NCBI GenBank assembly: GCA_020137815.1
Contig: CM035360.1
Location: 248,001 to 312,000, forward strand
DNA: 64,000 nt
DNA from: Hormiphora californensis
Lineage: Eukaryota > Animalia > Ctenophora
Direction: 5' to 3'
Positions within the stretch are counted from its first letter, which is position 1. Every line of letters starts with the position of its first letter. Positions 1 to 13,614 of the stretch are shown piece by piece. The translations under genes were made by a program, and so were the position numbers. The notes beneath the pieces were generated by a model, which was not told the origin of the DNA, searched no databases, and saw nothing but the letters and a program-made list of their open reading frames with translations.

Positions 1-425
1 AAGCGAACTTTGACTTTTTGCAGTATTTATGCTAAAAAATCGCTTTCCAGCGCCAATTTTATGTGTAAAACGCGCAACAGGGTCGAGATTTGAAGCTCTG
101 TTGCGCGTTCTGGGGCCATAAACACGGCATCTCGCGAGCTGACCGGAATTGACCCCATAGTGCGTTATGCCGTTATTTGCATATTTATGCACCGGTTCAT
201 GATTTAATGCATATTCTTAATATTTCCACTTCGGCTGGTCCTAGAACGTTTTCATGGACATATTCCGGCGCAAAATAGTCGATTTATGGGGGGTCGTCCC
301 CCCAACAAAAAGTCGTATCTCTCACCGTTTAGTCGTTATTCGTATATTTATGAATTATTCAAATTCGAAAATATGCAGAAATCAGAAAAAATAGATTTTT
401 CTATTTTACACCAAAAAGAACAGAA

Positions 426-847
426 ATTAAGTCCAAAAACCAATTAAATAAATTAGTTTGGATGCCCGGGCCCATGTGGTGTCACGGGGGTAACACCTTT
501 AGGCTACTGTCGTAAATGATGGATATCGGGAGAGATAAAGGCAAAGGAAATTAGGATAGAAAGAGTGTGATATAATCAAGTAAGACGAAGAGATAAATAA
601 GAGGAGAAAGAAAGAGAGATGAGTGAAAGAAACAGTGAGAGAGAAAGCGAGAGAGAGAAATAGTGTGTGAGAGAGAGTGAGAGAGAGACTGAGAGAGATA
701 GATAGAGATAGGCAGATTGAAGGATAACAATTAACAATTAACGAGATATGCCGTTAATTATGGCAGTAGCCTAAAGGTGTTACCCCCGTGACACCACATG
801 GGCCCGGGCATCCAAACTAATTTATTTAATTGGTTTTTGGACTTAAT
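426..847. mobile_element. Foldback/MITE-like element with ~85-bp inverted arms and an AG-rich loop
   Basis: attaagtccaaaaaccaattaaataaattagtttggatgcccgggccc...aggctactg at 426-509 is the reverse complement of ~764-847; TTAA at both edges (427-430, 843-846). Confidence 0.8.
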
Positions 848-1801
848 CTATATTATATTTGTTTTTACCCATGATATCTTCTGATCTAAAATTCGTGCCT
901 TATTCTTTAATAACTACACGTACTGGACTGAAGGTATATAATGCATAGGACATCTAAGGTCTTTAAGAGTTTAAGAAAAATCCAAAAACCAAAGATTCTC
1001 CTCCACGCCCCACGATTCAGTGATTCACTTCCTGATTTGGCAGCCAACGACGTCGGAGTCATGTTCGAGGGTGGTGCGAATTCGTCACGCGCTACGTACA
1101 GGGGATTGCGTGACGTGCCCAACTTCCTGACGGTGATTTTTTGGGCAACTATGGCACCAAAAACGAACGTCTATGTCACAAAAGGTTTTCTCCTGGCTTA
1201 CCCTAGCTGTATATTATATCCTAGATAGCTCTCTTTTCCACACACACTCTCGCTCTCCGTGACACACATTGCCCATTGTTAGACAGTATAATAAGGTGAG
1301 GTAACTGATGGCTTGCTAGCCTGTCTGTCACCATCAATGTTAAAGCTTTCTATCGTTCTCTCTCTCCCTCTCTCTCGCTCTCTCCCTCTCTCTCCCTCTC
1401 TCTCACTCACTCGCTCTCGAACTATAATTTCCTTTGCGGCTTTGAGATTGCGAGAGCTAAACGGGAAAATCTTTTATAGATCACTGTGCTTTTAGCTGTA
1501 CTTGGAATCTTGGATTTGTGCCATTTTAAGATATAACGTTATACTAATGACATTGTGTTTAATCATAACATTCATGAATTTTCTAAATTTCCTATCTTTT
1601 ACCCATTACCCATTACCCAACCTTTCGTCTTCTGGGGAGTACAAAGACAGATATGAACAGTTCAAAGAAAAAATCCTTCAGTTCTCTTAGACTTTACAGT
1701 TACAATACATATTTTGTGCTTGTTTGAATTCAAAAACACTATTTGGTTTCTCTTGGACAGCACGTTGCATGTGTGACGACCCTTGATAGCTAATTTAAGC
1801 C

Positions 1802-2348
1802 ATGTTACCATGTGCCATTCTTCTCATCCTGCTGCGGTCTGGTTTGGCTGCATCTGACACAGGTTTGTCGGGGGGGGGTGTGGTTTGTCCAATAAAGATC
1901 TTTCAGAGCATTAGCCTGGCAAATATAAACGAAGGATAATATCTGACAGGCCTGAGCTTCGTTTGCATTCGAGTCTGTACTGAATTCAATATATACAACT
2001 CAGTTTTAATATCTCTCTAGGTTGGACGACGCTCAACGAAAACAGCACGAATTCTCTCGATTTCTCCCAGTATTTCCTGCAAATTAGAACCTCAGGAGAG
2101 AAGGGAGTGGCAAATACCGATGAGAAACGGATCAGGTTTTCTCCTGAGTTGGCTGATGGGTCGAAAGTGGGCGGATTTCAGATCGCTATAACTGTTGGCT
2201 CTGCAGTAACATTTAGTTATTGTGATTTTGCAAAAGTTGGTTTTGAACTTCCGGATGGTTTCGAAGATGGAGTAAGTAGAAAGGAGAGTCACCTTGGAGA
2301 TTCTTCGGTCGTAGCGACATCAGGCTAACGGACTGCAGACCGCGCCTT

Positions 2349-2432
<84 letters not shown>

Positions 2433-2702
2433 GGAGAAAGCTATGGGTTAAACAAATATTTTCAGGATAACGAATGGACGTTTAAAGTAATAAACGAGAG
2501 AGCGATGGTCTACTTGAATGACATTAAAATTGCAGATCACGACATTACCTCATGTAAGGGGTATAACACCAACTGGTTGAACTACCACCAGGCAACTCGG
2601 TTCACCTTGGCGAACAGTGCTACTACTCACGGAGGGGACACTGCAAGCAAGGCCTATAGAGGCATTACAATCAATAATAATAACTTCGACCAAAGTAGGT
2701 AG
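1802..2702 (+). CDS. Small secreted protein (182 aa), three exons 1802-1862, 2021-2271, 2466-2702; ctenophore-type 'WT..L.I.T...GG...W.....DTAS..YR' domain
   Basis: Signal-peptide exon MLPCAILLILLRSGLAASDT ending ag|gtttgt; acceptor ctctag|gt; donor gga|gtaagt; acceptor ttcag|gat. Phases 1 and 0 are compatible and join track ORFs 2107-2328 and 2505-2702. Domain identity is recalled from ctenophore proteins, not searched. Confidence 0.75.
2354..2428. repeat. (AG)n microsatellite in intron; similar tracts at ~6878-7003, 9597-9696, 10383-10479, 24329-24395, 36978-37096, 43201-43508, 50480-50676, 53909-54114
   Basis: Direct reading of dinucleotide runs. Confidence 0.95.
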
Positions 2703-2726
2703 ATGACTAAAAGACGAACCTGACTA

Positions 2727-2891
2727 AACCACTGCACAACATGTTATTGTAAAAACTGTACTGAACCACTGCACGACATGTTATTGTAAAAACTGTACTG
2801 AACCACTGCACGACATGTTATTGTAAAAACTGTACTGAACCACTGCACGACATGTTATTGTAAAAACTGTACTGAACCACTGCACGGCATG
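2727..2891. repeat. 37-bp tandem repeat, ~4.4 copies
   Basis: aaccactgcacgacatgttattgtaaaaactgtactg starts at 2727, 2764, 2801, 2838, 2875. Confidence 0.95.
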
Positions 2892-2974
2892 TTTGTCAAC
2901 TGTACTGTTAAAATACGGCAGGGCGTATTTTAATGGAAAGTGTCTGTTTTTCTGAACTATTTCCCCCTTCAAAG

Positions 2975-3079
2975 CTGTCGGCGCCGCCGACCCCATCTAA
3001 GCAGTAAGCGCTTACTGCTTAGATGGGGTCGGCACACTGATTTGATATATTCAAATTGGGGTCTGGCACCTCCAGACAG
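2975..3079. mobile_element. Tiny MITE, CTGT...ACAG termini, 8-bp TSD, internal 48-bp palindrome
   Basis: TSD cttcaaag at 2967-2974 and 3080-3087; gccgaccccatctaagcagtaagcgcttactgcttagatggggtcggc is self-complementary. Confidence 0.8.
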
Positions 3080-3086
3080 CTTCAAA

Positions 3087-4739
3087 GGGTGGAAGAACTA
3101 CGTTGCTAAGGGTGGGGGAACTACGTTGCTAAGGGTGGAAGAACTACGTTGCTAAGGGTGGGGGAACTACGTTGCTAAGGGTGGTGGAACTACGTTGCTA
3201 AGGGTGGGGAACTACGTTGCTAAGGGTGGGGGAACTACGTTGCTAAGGGTGGGGGGAACTACGTTGCTAAGGGTGGGGGAACTACATTGCTAAGGGTGGG
3301 GGAACTACGTTGCTAAGGGTGGGGGAACTACGTTGCTAAGGGTGGGGGAACTACGTTGCTAAGGGTGGGGGAACTACGTTGCTAAGGGTGGGGGAACTAC
3401 GTTGCTAAGGGTGGTGGAACTACGTTGCTAAGGGTGGTGGAACTACGTTGCTAAGGGTGGGGGAACTACGTTGCTAAGGGTGGGGGAACTACGTTGCTAA
3501 GGGTGGTGGAACTACGTTGCTAAGGGTGGGGAACTACGTTGCTAAGGGTGGAGGAACTACGTTGCTAAGGGTGGGGGAACTACGTTGCTAAGGGTGGGGG
3601 AACTACATTGCTAAGGGTGGGGGAACTACATTGCTAAGGGTGGGGGAACTACGTTGCTAAGGGTGGGGGAACTACGTTGCTAAGGGCTCTAGGACTGTAA
3701 CTCACCTGGACTGTAACTCGAAAGTGAGTTATTGTCCGAAAATTGGCGTCGACTTTTTATTTTTTGGTGACTTTCTGTCCGCTTTATTTTCGACTTTTTG
3801 CTAGGACAAAAAGTCGATAGCTAGGACAAAATGTCGATATTGAAACTCACCTGGTTTTTACCGTAAAACCCAACCCAACCTTAATACAGCCCTAACCTCG
3901 AACCCAAACAATAACCCTAACACTACTATTAAGGGAATATAAACCAGTGAACTCTCGTTTCCGGCCTATCGGCCGCAATCTCGAGTTCCCATGAGAGGTG
4001 AGTTAATGTCCTTTTGGACTCTAACTCACCCTAAATAGTGGGGCGGACAAAAAGTCACCAGATCCGGACTATAACTCACCTAGATTCGAGATTTTCAAAA
4101 TGTGAGTTATAGTCCGAAATTTTCGAGTTCGAGTTCGAGTTATCGTCCATTCGAGTTTTTGTCCGGTACCCGTTGCTAAGGGTGGGGGAACTACGTTGCT
4201 AAGGGTGGGGGAACTACGTTGCTAAGGGTGGGGGAACTACGTTGCTAAGGGTGGGGAACTACGTTGCTAAGGGTGGGGGAACTACGTTGCTAAGGGTGGG
4301 GGAACTACGTTGCTAAGGGTGGGGGAACTACGTTGCTAAGGGTGGGGGAACTACGTTGCTAAGGGTGGGGGAACTACGTTGCTAAGGGTGGGGGAACTAC
4401 GTTGCTTATGGTGGGGGAACTACGTTGCTAAGGGTGGGGGAACTACGTTGCACAGGGTGGGGGAACTACGTTGCTAAGGGTGGGGAACTACGTTGCTAAG
4501 GGTGGGGAAACTACGTTGCTAAGGGTGGGGGAACTACGTTGCTAAGGCTGGGGGAACTACGTTGCTAAGGGTGGGGGAACTACGTTGCACAGGGTGGGGG
4601 AACTACGTTGCTAAGGGTGGGGGAACTACGTTGCTAAGGGTGGGGGAACTACGTTGCTAAGGCTGGGGGAACTACGTTGCTAAGGGTGGGGGAACTACGT
4701 TGCTAAGGGTGGGGGAACTACGTTGCTAAGGGTGGGGGA
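3087..4739. repeat. G-rich 23-bp minisatellite (gggtgggggaactacgttgctaa)n, interrupted by an insertion
   Basis: Roughly 50 near-identical units; G-run length varies by one base. Confidence 0.97.
3684..4171 (+). mobile_element. Non-autonomous DNA element, GGG...CCC termini, 8-bp TSD, dispersed ggacWRWaactc motifs
   Basis: TSD gttgctaa at 3676-3683 and 4172-4179; both ends match the element at 36503-38158. Confidence 0.88.
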
Positions 4740-5355
4740 GGGTAACACTTGTTTCAGATTGGTCGTAAGAATTATGAAGACATCCTGCTGAGGAAAACAA
4801 CGCCAGCAGCTATCATTTAACTAGTGGAAACCCAAATAATGTTCGTTCACAAAACTTGATCTGTCGCCGACCCGATGTGATGACTGCAGCAGGACTCAGG
4901 AGACAGGTATATACTAATTCCTTTATTACCTATTCTACGTATTGGTCGTGAAAGTCGGCATTTTCTCACCACCCACCCTCCCTACTTGCCAAGTTAGACT
5001 GTTTTTCTAAAATAAAATAAAAGAGTTTGAACAAAACAACTCCCTACAGGTAGTGGTACAATTGGGAATGGGAATGCGAACGAGAGACCAGTTATTCGCG
5101 ACGAGTGAAATTATCAGACGTACCGACACTGCACAGCCGTCCTAACCAAACTTTCTGGACTTTTCTTAGATCTAGGGTTAAATTATTTCTTTTTAGTAAG
5201 AACTGGGTTGTGTTTTGAAGTTGCTCTAGTTGTTGTGGGCAATTTTTTCCCTGTATCCGCAGGAGAAAATGCGTTGGCAAGTTTATTCTTTATGGGAATC
5301 TCTCCAGGTTTTCAATCGTTTATCTCATTTACCAAAGAAAAGTTGGTCCAAATTG

Positions 5356-6598
5356 GGCAGGTGCACAGTTGCTCGACAGTCTATTTCTGGCTGCTATTTC
5401 TGGCTGCTATTTCTGGCTGCTATTTCTGGCTGCTATTTCTGGCTGCTAAACCTATTTCTGGCTGCTAGACCTATTTCTGGCTGCAAGCAGCCAGAAATAG
5501 ATTTTAGCAGCCAGAAATAGGGTCTAGCAGCCAGAAATAGGGTTTCTCTCACGTGATCTCTCTATCTCTGTATGGGATACGAGAGACGAATCGGTGAAGT
5601 GATTTGGTATCTGTAACTGTAATTGGGTATGGGATACGGGAGACGAATCGGTGAAATGATTCGGTATCTGCAACTAATTTGGTATGGGATACGGGAAACG
5701 AATCGGTGAAGTGATTCGGTATCTGCAACTAATTGGGTATGGGATATGAGAGGCACCTCTTTTGTTTTACCGGTCCCCTAGCTCCCAACTTGAAATTTAC
5801 GCCATCGAATATGTGTTATCACACCTATTGCGTCAAATCACTGATAAACTGATCTCATATCACGCTGTGTAATATGTCGGGATAGCATTACCGATAAACA
5901 GATCTCTTATCGTGTAACTTTTCATGCCTCGTGTCACAAACAAGGCGGGTGGGACCCATCGCAATCAATTATGCCGTCACCGGACAGTTCCTATACCTTC
6001 TCTCCCACGAAACGACAAAACCACGAACACTCCTTGATCGGGGACAACATCGAGGAGGAGCCTCGACATTTGCTCCCTCTGTATGGAGGGAAGACACCAG
6101 CTTCAGGCCTGCCCTCTGAACAGGCCCACATCTCCGCTCCGGATCCTGCGGCGTTTCAACCTGTGTGCCTGCCGGGAGGTATCGAGGACAGTAAACCTGG
6201 ATCCGAATACGCACCATAGTGGACCAGTTCCTATGCGACCACCATCTTCCTCGCCAACACGTCCAGCAGCAGCGCCCGACTGAGGACAACACCATACTCG
6301 ATATGCAACTAATTTGGCAGGTCCCGTATCCCATACCCAATTAGTTGCAGATACCGAATCATTTCACCGATTCGTCTCCCGTATCCCATACAGAGATAGA
6401 GAGATCACGTGATTTAGCAGCCAGAAATAGCAGCCAGAAATAGATTTTAGCAGCCAGAAATAGATTTTAGCAGCCAGAAATAGGTCTTGCAGCCAGAAAT
6501 AGGTCTTGCAGCCAGAAATAGCAGCCAGAAATAGCAGCCAGAAATAGCAGCCAGAAATAGCAGCCAGAAATAGACTGTCGAGCAACTGTGCACCTGCC
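5356..6598. mobile_element. Foldback element, GG termini, 8-bp TSD, subterminal 13-bp tandem repeats (ctatttctggctg) and a second inner inverted pair; Merlin/Mutator-like
   Basis: TIR ggcaggtgcacagttgctcgacagtctatttctggctg; TSD ccaaattg at 5348-5355 and 6599-6606; inner inverted blocks ~5548-5745 and ~6303-6412. Superfamily inferred from termini and TSD only. Confidence 0.85.
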
Positions 6599-6700
6599 CC
6601 AAATTGTCGATGGCACTAAATATTTGACCTGCTGCAATTTGCTTAGCAACATTGAAACAAGTCCACGTTCAAGAGAAAGCGTGTATTGTTCATACTATTA

Positions 6701-7116
<416 letters not shown>

Positions 7117-7119
7117 TTT

Positions 7120-8844
7120 AGGTCCCTTTTTGGTTTCTAATCGCAGCATGACATTATTTCATGATGTAATATTGTCGAAATGATGCGCTATATGAGAAAC
7201 GAGACGAATTTCTGTGAAAATCGTATTTTAGACGTCATAATGACGTCATTTGACGTAATTAGTGACGTCGTAACGACGTAATTGCATCACGATATATTTT
7301 GAATCAATACCCCAAAGGAGCTTGTAAAGTGTCATTGACCACAGTGGTCAGGAAAGGGAGTTTTTGCTCGAAAAACGTTCAATTTGCTGAATTTTTCGTC
7401 AAATTTTTGACTTCCGACGCGATTTAAAAGGGCTCAAAATGATAAGCTACGAAAATTTGATATATAGTATCTAAAAGTTCAGACGATTTGCCGGTAACGA
7501 TTTTTCGTCAAATCAGAAATCGGAACACGTCTTCAGGGTGCTAGAGGCGTTTGAAAAAAGTTAGTCGGTCTCGCGCAATGACGTCACTCGTGACGTCATT
7601 GCGCGCGTCATAGGTAAGATGGAGAGTCGCCACCCAGATGGGTACATGCACGAGACAATTGTCTGTCGAATGCCGCTTGGTTTAAGGTCGTACGATGTCT
7701 GGTTCGTCTCAAACTGGGACCAAACGGAAGGTAACAAAGCGTCTATACATCTATCTATCAACCTAGTTATCCCCACACTGAATTTTCTGTTTTGGGGGTG
7801 GTGTTATAACTTTTGAACAAAAAGAGCTAGCCACTTGAAATTTTTACCATCGATAGAGGTCTACAAGAAGCTTCTAAGTACAAAATTTCAGCTTCCTAGC
7901 TCTTCCGGTTCGGGAGTTATGGCATGTCAAAAAGTGCCAAAATGGGCTAAAAGTATGAAATCACTGCGCTGGCAAGCGCAAAGGTTGCCATTCCCCCTCC
8001 CCAAAAAAAGCGCCGCCAGAAACGCAGTTATACGTTTTATGGGTGTTTTGGCTGAAAACCCAGATTTCAAAAGGCTATAGCGTGGCTCTCTTTCATCCGT
8101 TTGACTTGAAATTTGGAATGTATACCCGGCTTGGGGTCTTTGACTCAAGTTCAAAATTTGAAGTCTCTATCTCATCTGGAACCGAAGTTACAGACAGGTC
8201 CCATTTGCCCTAAATTCAGTGTAACAGGCATGCGCGCGCGCACGCGCGTAGGAGAGACGCTTTTTATAAGTGAATGTGACGCCAAACGAAAAGAGATAGA
8301 GACTTCATCTTTTCACAGCTAGTAGATCTACTGGATGTGTGTGCATTAGTCGTAGTGGGGTCCGTTTTCATCGCCAGGAACGTCCTACAGAACGTCTTAA
8401 AGTCGTCATTTTTCAGACTCTAACCAAATTTCTTTGAGCTCAATTTACACCCTGAAAACGGATTCTAATCGAAAAACGAAGACTATATCATGGAAAGAGA
8501 ATTGTCTGAACTTTCAGAAACTATATCCCGAATTTTCAAAAATAGATGTATAAGGGTCTTGAAACGCGTCGGAAGTGTTATGACTGTTTAAAAACGGATA
8601 TGACTTTATGGGTTTTTCGCTATAGCGGACTCAAATTTCATCCAATCGATCTCAAACTTGGTCAGTATCTTCATCTAGGTGGGCCCGATAATATGACGTC
8701 ATAATTTTGACGTTACAACGTCTTGACGTCATTTTATGACGTCAAAATGACGTCAAAAATGAAAATTTCTCAATTTCGCGATTCTAACCTCTCTGTACCT
8801 ATTCTACTAAATCTACATGGATAAAAAATCCCCAAAATGATGCA
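7120..8844. repeat. Probable non-coding interspersed repeat rich in short stem-loops and tgacgtca motifs (unclassified, possibly Helentron/HINE-like)
   Basis: Recurrent gaaattt...aaatttc hairpins and gacgtc palindromes; related sequence at 19550-21700; a 28-bp block at ~7958-7986 is inverted at ~9119-9147; no credible ORF. Confidence 0.4.
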
Positions 8845-9049
8845 TATTATACCAAAACTAATTGAAATTAGTAGGCCGGAAAGGTTGCCTTAAGATTTGA
8901 GCTACCTTTGGCACCGGTACATTCCCTTTCGAAGATAAACGAAGCATCTGTACCCTGTCTATACCCCGTGAAAGTTACGGTGCCTAAGGTAGCTCAAATC
9001 TTAAGGCAACCTTTCCGGCCTACTAATTTCAATTAGTTTTGGTATAATA
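8845..9049. mobile_element. Short foldback element sharing the CCAAAA(A)CTAATTGAAATTAGT terminal motif
   Basis: tattataccaaaactaattgaaattagtaggccggaaaggttgccttaagatttgagctacc is inverted at ~8978-9049. Confidence 0.8.
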
Positions 9050-9613
9050 ACTATATATACGCTGTGAGCAAGCGGGCCGTTTTTGGGGGAAATTTTTTTC
9101 GGGGGGTTGGATGGGGTCACCTTTGCGCTTGCCAGCGCAGTGATTTTATATTTTATATTGTTCGGGGGCGGTGCAACAGCACAAGAGAAAGCCGGAATGC
9201 TGTTAAGATCTGGGTGACCCTTGTTGACTTTAAGCCAGAAATAACACTGCATTATATACTATGTAGCTATAATAGTGTAGCATCTCTAGGGCGTATAATA
9301 TAATCCTACACATATCTAAATATCTTTCTTATGACTTCTACGGGGTTAGTACATATAGCTATTGTCAGGCCTCCCGATAAATAATATCTTTCTTATAGCT
9401 ACTTTGTTTGTTCTTAAACTTTATGTTAATTCTTCAAATTTATTTGGTTGTTTGTTCTTAACCACTTACTCTTAGTAAACTAGGAATTATAGTGATGGGT
9501 CGCACAACACACGTATAACAGCTTACACTTCATACATGCTTTATGTGTGACGTCACACGTGTACACTGCAGCTGGCCACATGCCACAAAGAATGAAAGAG
9601 AGAGAGAGAGAGA

Positions 9614-9659
<46 letters not shown>

Positions 9660-10379
9660 GAGACAGAGAGAGAGACAGAGAGAGAGACAGAGAGAGAAAT
9701 GAAAGCTTTTAACGTGGATCGTAAGGAAGGAGAGTTATTGTAGTATTCTTCTAGCTCTTCTTGGCTGTGTTTGAACATTTTGTTGTCAGAGCATTGGCCG
9801 GCCCTATTCGGAGCGTGTGAGAACCATGTGGTCAGAGCATTGGCCTGACAGGTAATGTCTGGATTATATACGTTTTTTAGTTTTAATCATCTGGGCGTGG
9901 AAGAGAGAGATAAATAGAGAGAAATAGAGATAAATAGAGCGAGAGAGAAAAGAAGAAAGTAAGAAAGTGAGAGAGCGACACGTGGCGAAAGATCATAATA
10001 TTTGATTTATCTTCATGATGCAGTACTGCGTGTATAATAATGATATGTTAGTTGTACCTGCCACGCCCCGTTAGCTGCATGTATATGTGCTCCTGTTAGA
10101 AAACAAAATATACGTCACCATGACGGTGTGTAATTGTATTAAGTGTTCTGTTTCTGAAGAAAGGCACGTGGCTGGAACAGCTGTATTATAGGGGTTATTG
10201 TTTTTTATTGGTTAGTTATTAGTTAGTTAAATAAATACCTATAGCTTCCCAAATGATGTACTATTTTTAGTTTTGTTGTGTGCCAATAGAACACTTTGCC
10301 AAACATCCATCGAATTCAATGACTATACATATCATGTGTTAGCTGATCACTCCAGTGGAGAGAGAAAATATATAAGATA

Positions 10380-10482
<103 letters not shown>

Positions 10483-10742
10483 TTTACTGTTTTTAGCTTA
10501 TACATTTGCTGTTATGATACGTTGTAAGTCGCTCTAGTTAGTCTTTGGTGTTGAAACTGACGCTAACGCGAATTGAAATGTTCGGCGACAGAATTCAAAC
10601 CATAACCTAATTTTGAAAAGTTTTATAAAGGAGCAAGAATTTCGAATGTATGTTTAAAGTTGCTGTAACACCCTCAATTCTTGTAGGACTGATCTACACA
10701 GAACGTTTTCTTTTCCACATCCCGCTATGTCACCAATGCTAA

Positions 10743-11378
10743 ATGGTTAGTGGCGGTATCGGCTCAATCATCTGTACCTGCTCTATCGTTCTCCTCTACA
10801 TAAACATCATTGCAGTTTTGTTCATGTCCAAATCGCTCATCTCAACTACAGAATGGAATCTACCCTCCTCTTCCTCAGCTTCAATTTTCTCTCAGTACTA
10901 TGACTTTCGAACGAGGCTCCTTCACAGTGCTAATTACTCCTGTACATTCTCCCAGAACAAGGTGGTGATTGTCCAACACTTCACCCTAACATACCCAGAG
11001 TTCTTCTTTGTTTCCTTGGTAATCCTCCTCAGCGGGGTGTACTGTACAGTGAAAATTACACAAAACATTCTCCGACTATTTAATGGACTCGGTATCCTAT
11101 GGGTGAAGGAAGATGATGCAGACTGTCCAATCTGCATGGAGAGTATGAAACGGTTCGTCCTTGTCTCGTCCCTGCCGTGTGGACATCACTTTTGTAGGAC
11201 TTGCCTCAAATTGTGGCTGGAGAAATTCCGATATCGGACGTGCCCATTGTGCCGACAGAACGTTGTTCCAGATCGACCCGATGATGAGGAATATAGAATC
11301 AGTTATTTTACTACCTTTTACAGGCTCATTCTTGTTGAACTGTCTGTAGAGGACTATGGAGACAGCTTTTTGTATTGA
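10743..11378 (+). CDS. Membrane-anchored RING-HC (C3HC4) finger protein, putative E3 ubiquitin ligase, single exon
   Basis: CPIC-x11-PCGHHFCRTC-x11-CPLC, preceded by two hydrophobic segments (IICTCSIVLLYINIIAVLF; FFFVSLVILLSGVYCTV). Confidence 0.8.
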   Translation: MVSGGIGSIICTCSIVLLYINIIAVLFMSKSLISTTEWNLPSSSSASIFSQYYDFRTRLLHSANYSCTFSQNKVVIVQHFTLTYPEFFFVSLVILLSGVYCTVKITQNILRLFNGLGILWVKEDDADCPICMESMKRFVLVSSLPCGHHFCRTCLKLWLEKFRYRTCPLCRQNVVPDRPDDEEYRISYFTTFYRLILVELSVEDYGDSFLY

Positions 11379-11919
11379 AAATGTTGAATTAAATTCTTAG
11401 AGTATAGTTTTAGTTTTCCAAAATTTTACCTTTCTTTTACTTTTGTAAAATGTTAATTTACTTTGAACATGAATGTATTGTGTCAAACCATGAGTCTCAA
11501 TATTTGTTGGGTTGCGGAGGAAGGATCTGTTTAGGGTTCAATGGAAAAGGCAGCGGAGGAGGTAGGAGGCATGGGGAGCTTGAGTACTAGTAGGAGTAGG
11601 GTAATGGGTGAGCAAAAGCCAAAAGAGATGGGTCATGGGAGAGGTCGAGTGGATTTTACAATCATGGAAAATTAAACAAAGTTTTTGTAAGGAAACTGGG
11701 TTAATACGGATCACATGGATGTTATAATGGGTTTAAAAAATAAACCCATAATTCACAATGCAATTGTTAATTACATTATTGAAAACACGCCCATAAATAG
11801 GTTCCAAGCCATATCCCTCTCAAGTTATCCTGGAAGCAGTTGATAATTTGGGTTGAGCAGTTCGTTGTTATCTGTGGACTGTGACGGACATTCGATTGTA
11901 GAAGTGTTGGGCTGTTGTA

Positions 11920-13614
11920 CTAAGGCGGGGATGGGCTGTTGGTTGATATTTTGGATAACACGTGTGGGTTTTCAGTCTTTATACCCTCTTGATGGGAGTT
12001 CACAAGCTTATTACCGAACCCCAATCCTTGATTGGCTTTGATGCAACTTTGCAGGGAATTGATTTGTCCTTTAATTGAAGACCCAACGCGATAGCCTTGT
12101 TCAGTTGAAGATCCTTTGAGATTAGACTTTGTATCTTGTTTAGTTTTTACTAGCTTGATCCCGGTATACGCCCCACACGGTCCAGTTGCCGGCTTGTTAG
12201 AAAGGGGTTTCTGTGGAAATTGCTTTCTTCTTTTTCGCTGTCGAAGAGGCGGGTTTGGAAAGGTTGGAGGAATAAGCAACTGAAAGTCTTCTTTTTCACT
12301 CGATCCTTCGACCATCTCGTGTTCAGAAGTTCTGATTTCCTTTTCAACGCCAGAATCGCTAAGAGGTTCCTCTTTTATGTTCAAAGGGCCACCTGAAAAA
12401 TGATGAAAATTTAAAAGTTAATAGTCCAGATCAAAATGAAACATCTCTCTATCTCGCAATTGAGCAAAACTTGAAGACGCTTGAAAATTACCATTATCAT
12501 TGGAAGAAACACCAATTAGTGACGGAACAGGAACTGAATCATAGTAAAAAGGATCAATATTTTCCAGCTTTACTGAATCCAAAACAGTTTCATCCAAAGA
12601 TCCATCCTCAGCTCGAATCTCAGCGACATCTGACCCGGTTTGAGTTCCAACTTCCACCAACACGGCTGTTTTAACAATTTTGTATCCCGAACCCAGAAGG
12701 TAACTACCTGGTTTCCCACAGTCATTACAAATTATCAGAACTGTGTTTCCATCGACGCCTGATATTGTCGGAATCTTGGAGACTGCGTCAGGTGAGTGAA
12801 TCTCAGGTTTGATATTACAATCCACCTCAATTTGTTCGGTTTTCAGAAGGGGAGGAATTTCAAACCTTTTACCAGCTTTAGTGACGGGTGTTTCTAAAGT
12901 ACAACTACTGGATCTGTCAGGTCTTGCTACGTTATCACCTGTATGAAAAAGAGAGTTTGTTGTTACCATGTTCAGGTGACTTGAATTAATCAGGTCTATA
13001 ATTGCACATGTGCAAAATGATTGTCACTCACTGATGTTAGGAGTTCTAGCAAGTGAAACCGAAACAGTGGTAGGTTCTGGTACAGTAACTGGTACCAGAG
13101 GAGCATCGTCAACTTCCTTTTGGCTTCCAGCGTGGAGAACAGACAAGTTGATGTCGAAGTTAGATTTCCAAAACTCCTCGGACTTTTCTGTTTTTCGTGA
13201 ATTATATTTCCTGGCCAACTTTCTGTGGCACATTTTTAGAATGTGACTCAATTTATTACGTTTTTCCCTGTCCATGAGAACCATGTTAAGATCAAACTGG
13301 TTTACTCCTTCACACTGTTGATAAATGACAAAGAGGGTGCTGGCCAAGAAATCTAGCGTCGCTCTAAACCGTTTATTAGTCCCAAGGTACTTGTTTTTAA
13401 ACACTTTTGCTCTCCGGATGGTAAAATGAAAATCAAGTAATTTCAAAATTTGCCTGTTGCTTGGAAATACACCAGTACTGGATACACCAAGATGACCGTC
13501 TTTGAGAAAAGGCTCGCTGAATAACAGTGCAGTATTTTCCACCGTGAAAAACGTACTAATCTGAGACAAAAAATCTGCAAACGATTTCATACGTACAATA
13601 CTGTCAACATCCAT
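11920..13614 (-). CDS. Uncharacterised 500-aa protein, three exons (13614-13032, 12938-12492, 12392-11920), probably nuclear
   Basis: Three adjacent minus-strand ORFs join in frame through a 93-nt intron (a|gtgagt...ttcatacag|gt) and a 99-nt intron (g|gtaatt...tttttcag|gt), both phase 1. Basic RQRKRRK cluster and several psi-K-x-E motifs. Confidence 0.7.

Noticed and set aside
150-162. ccccatagtg as a Transib-like right end
   Set aside because: The partner end would lie outside the window; cannot be supported.
941-1228. 95-aa ORF with GGANSSRATYRG resembling GGDTASKAYRG
   Set aside because: Only a short chance-level similarity; no supporting splice sites or other domain motifs.
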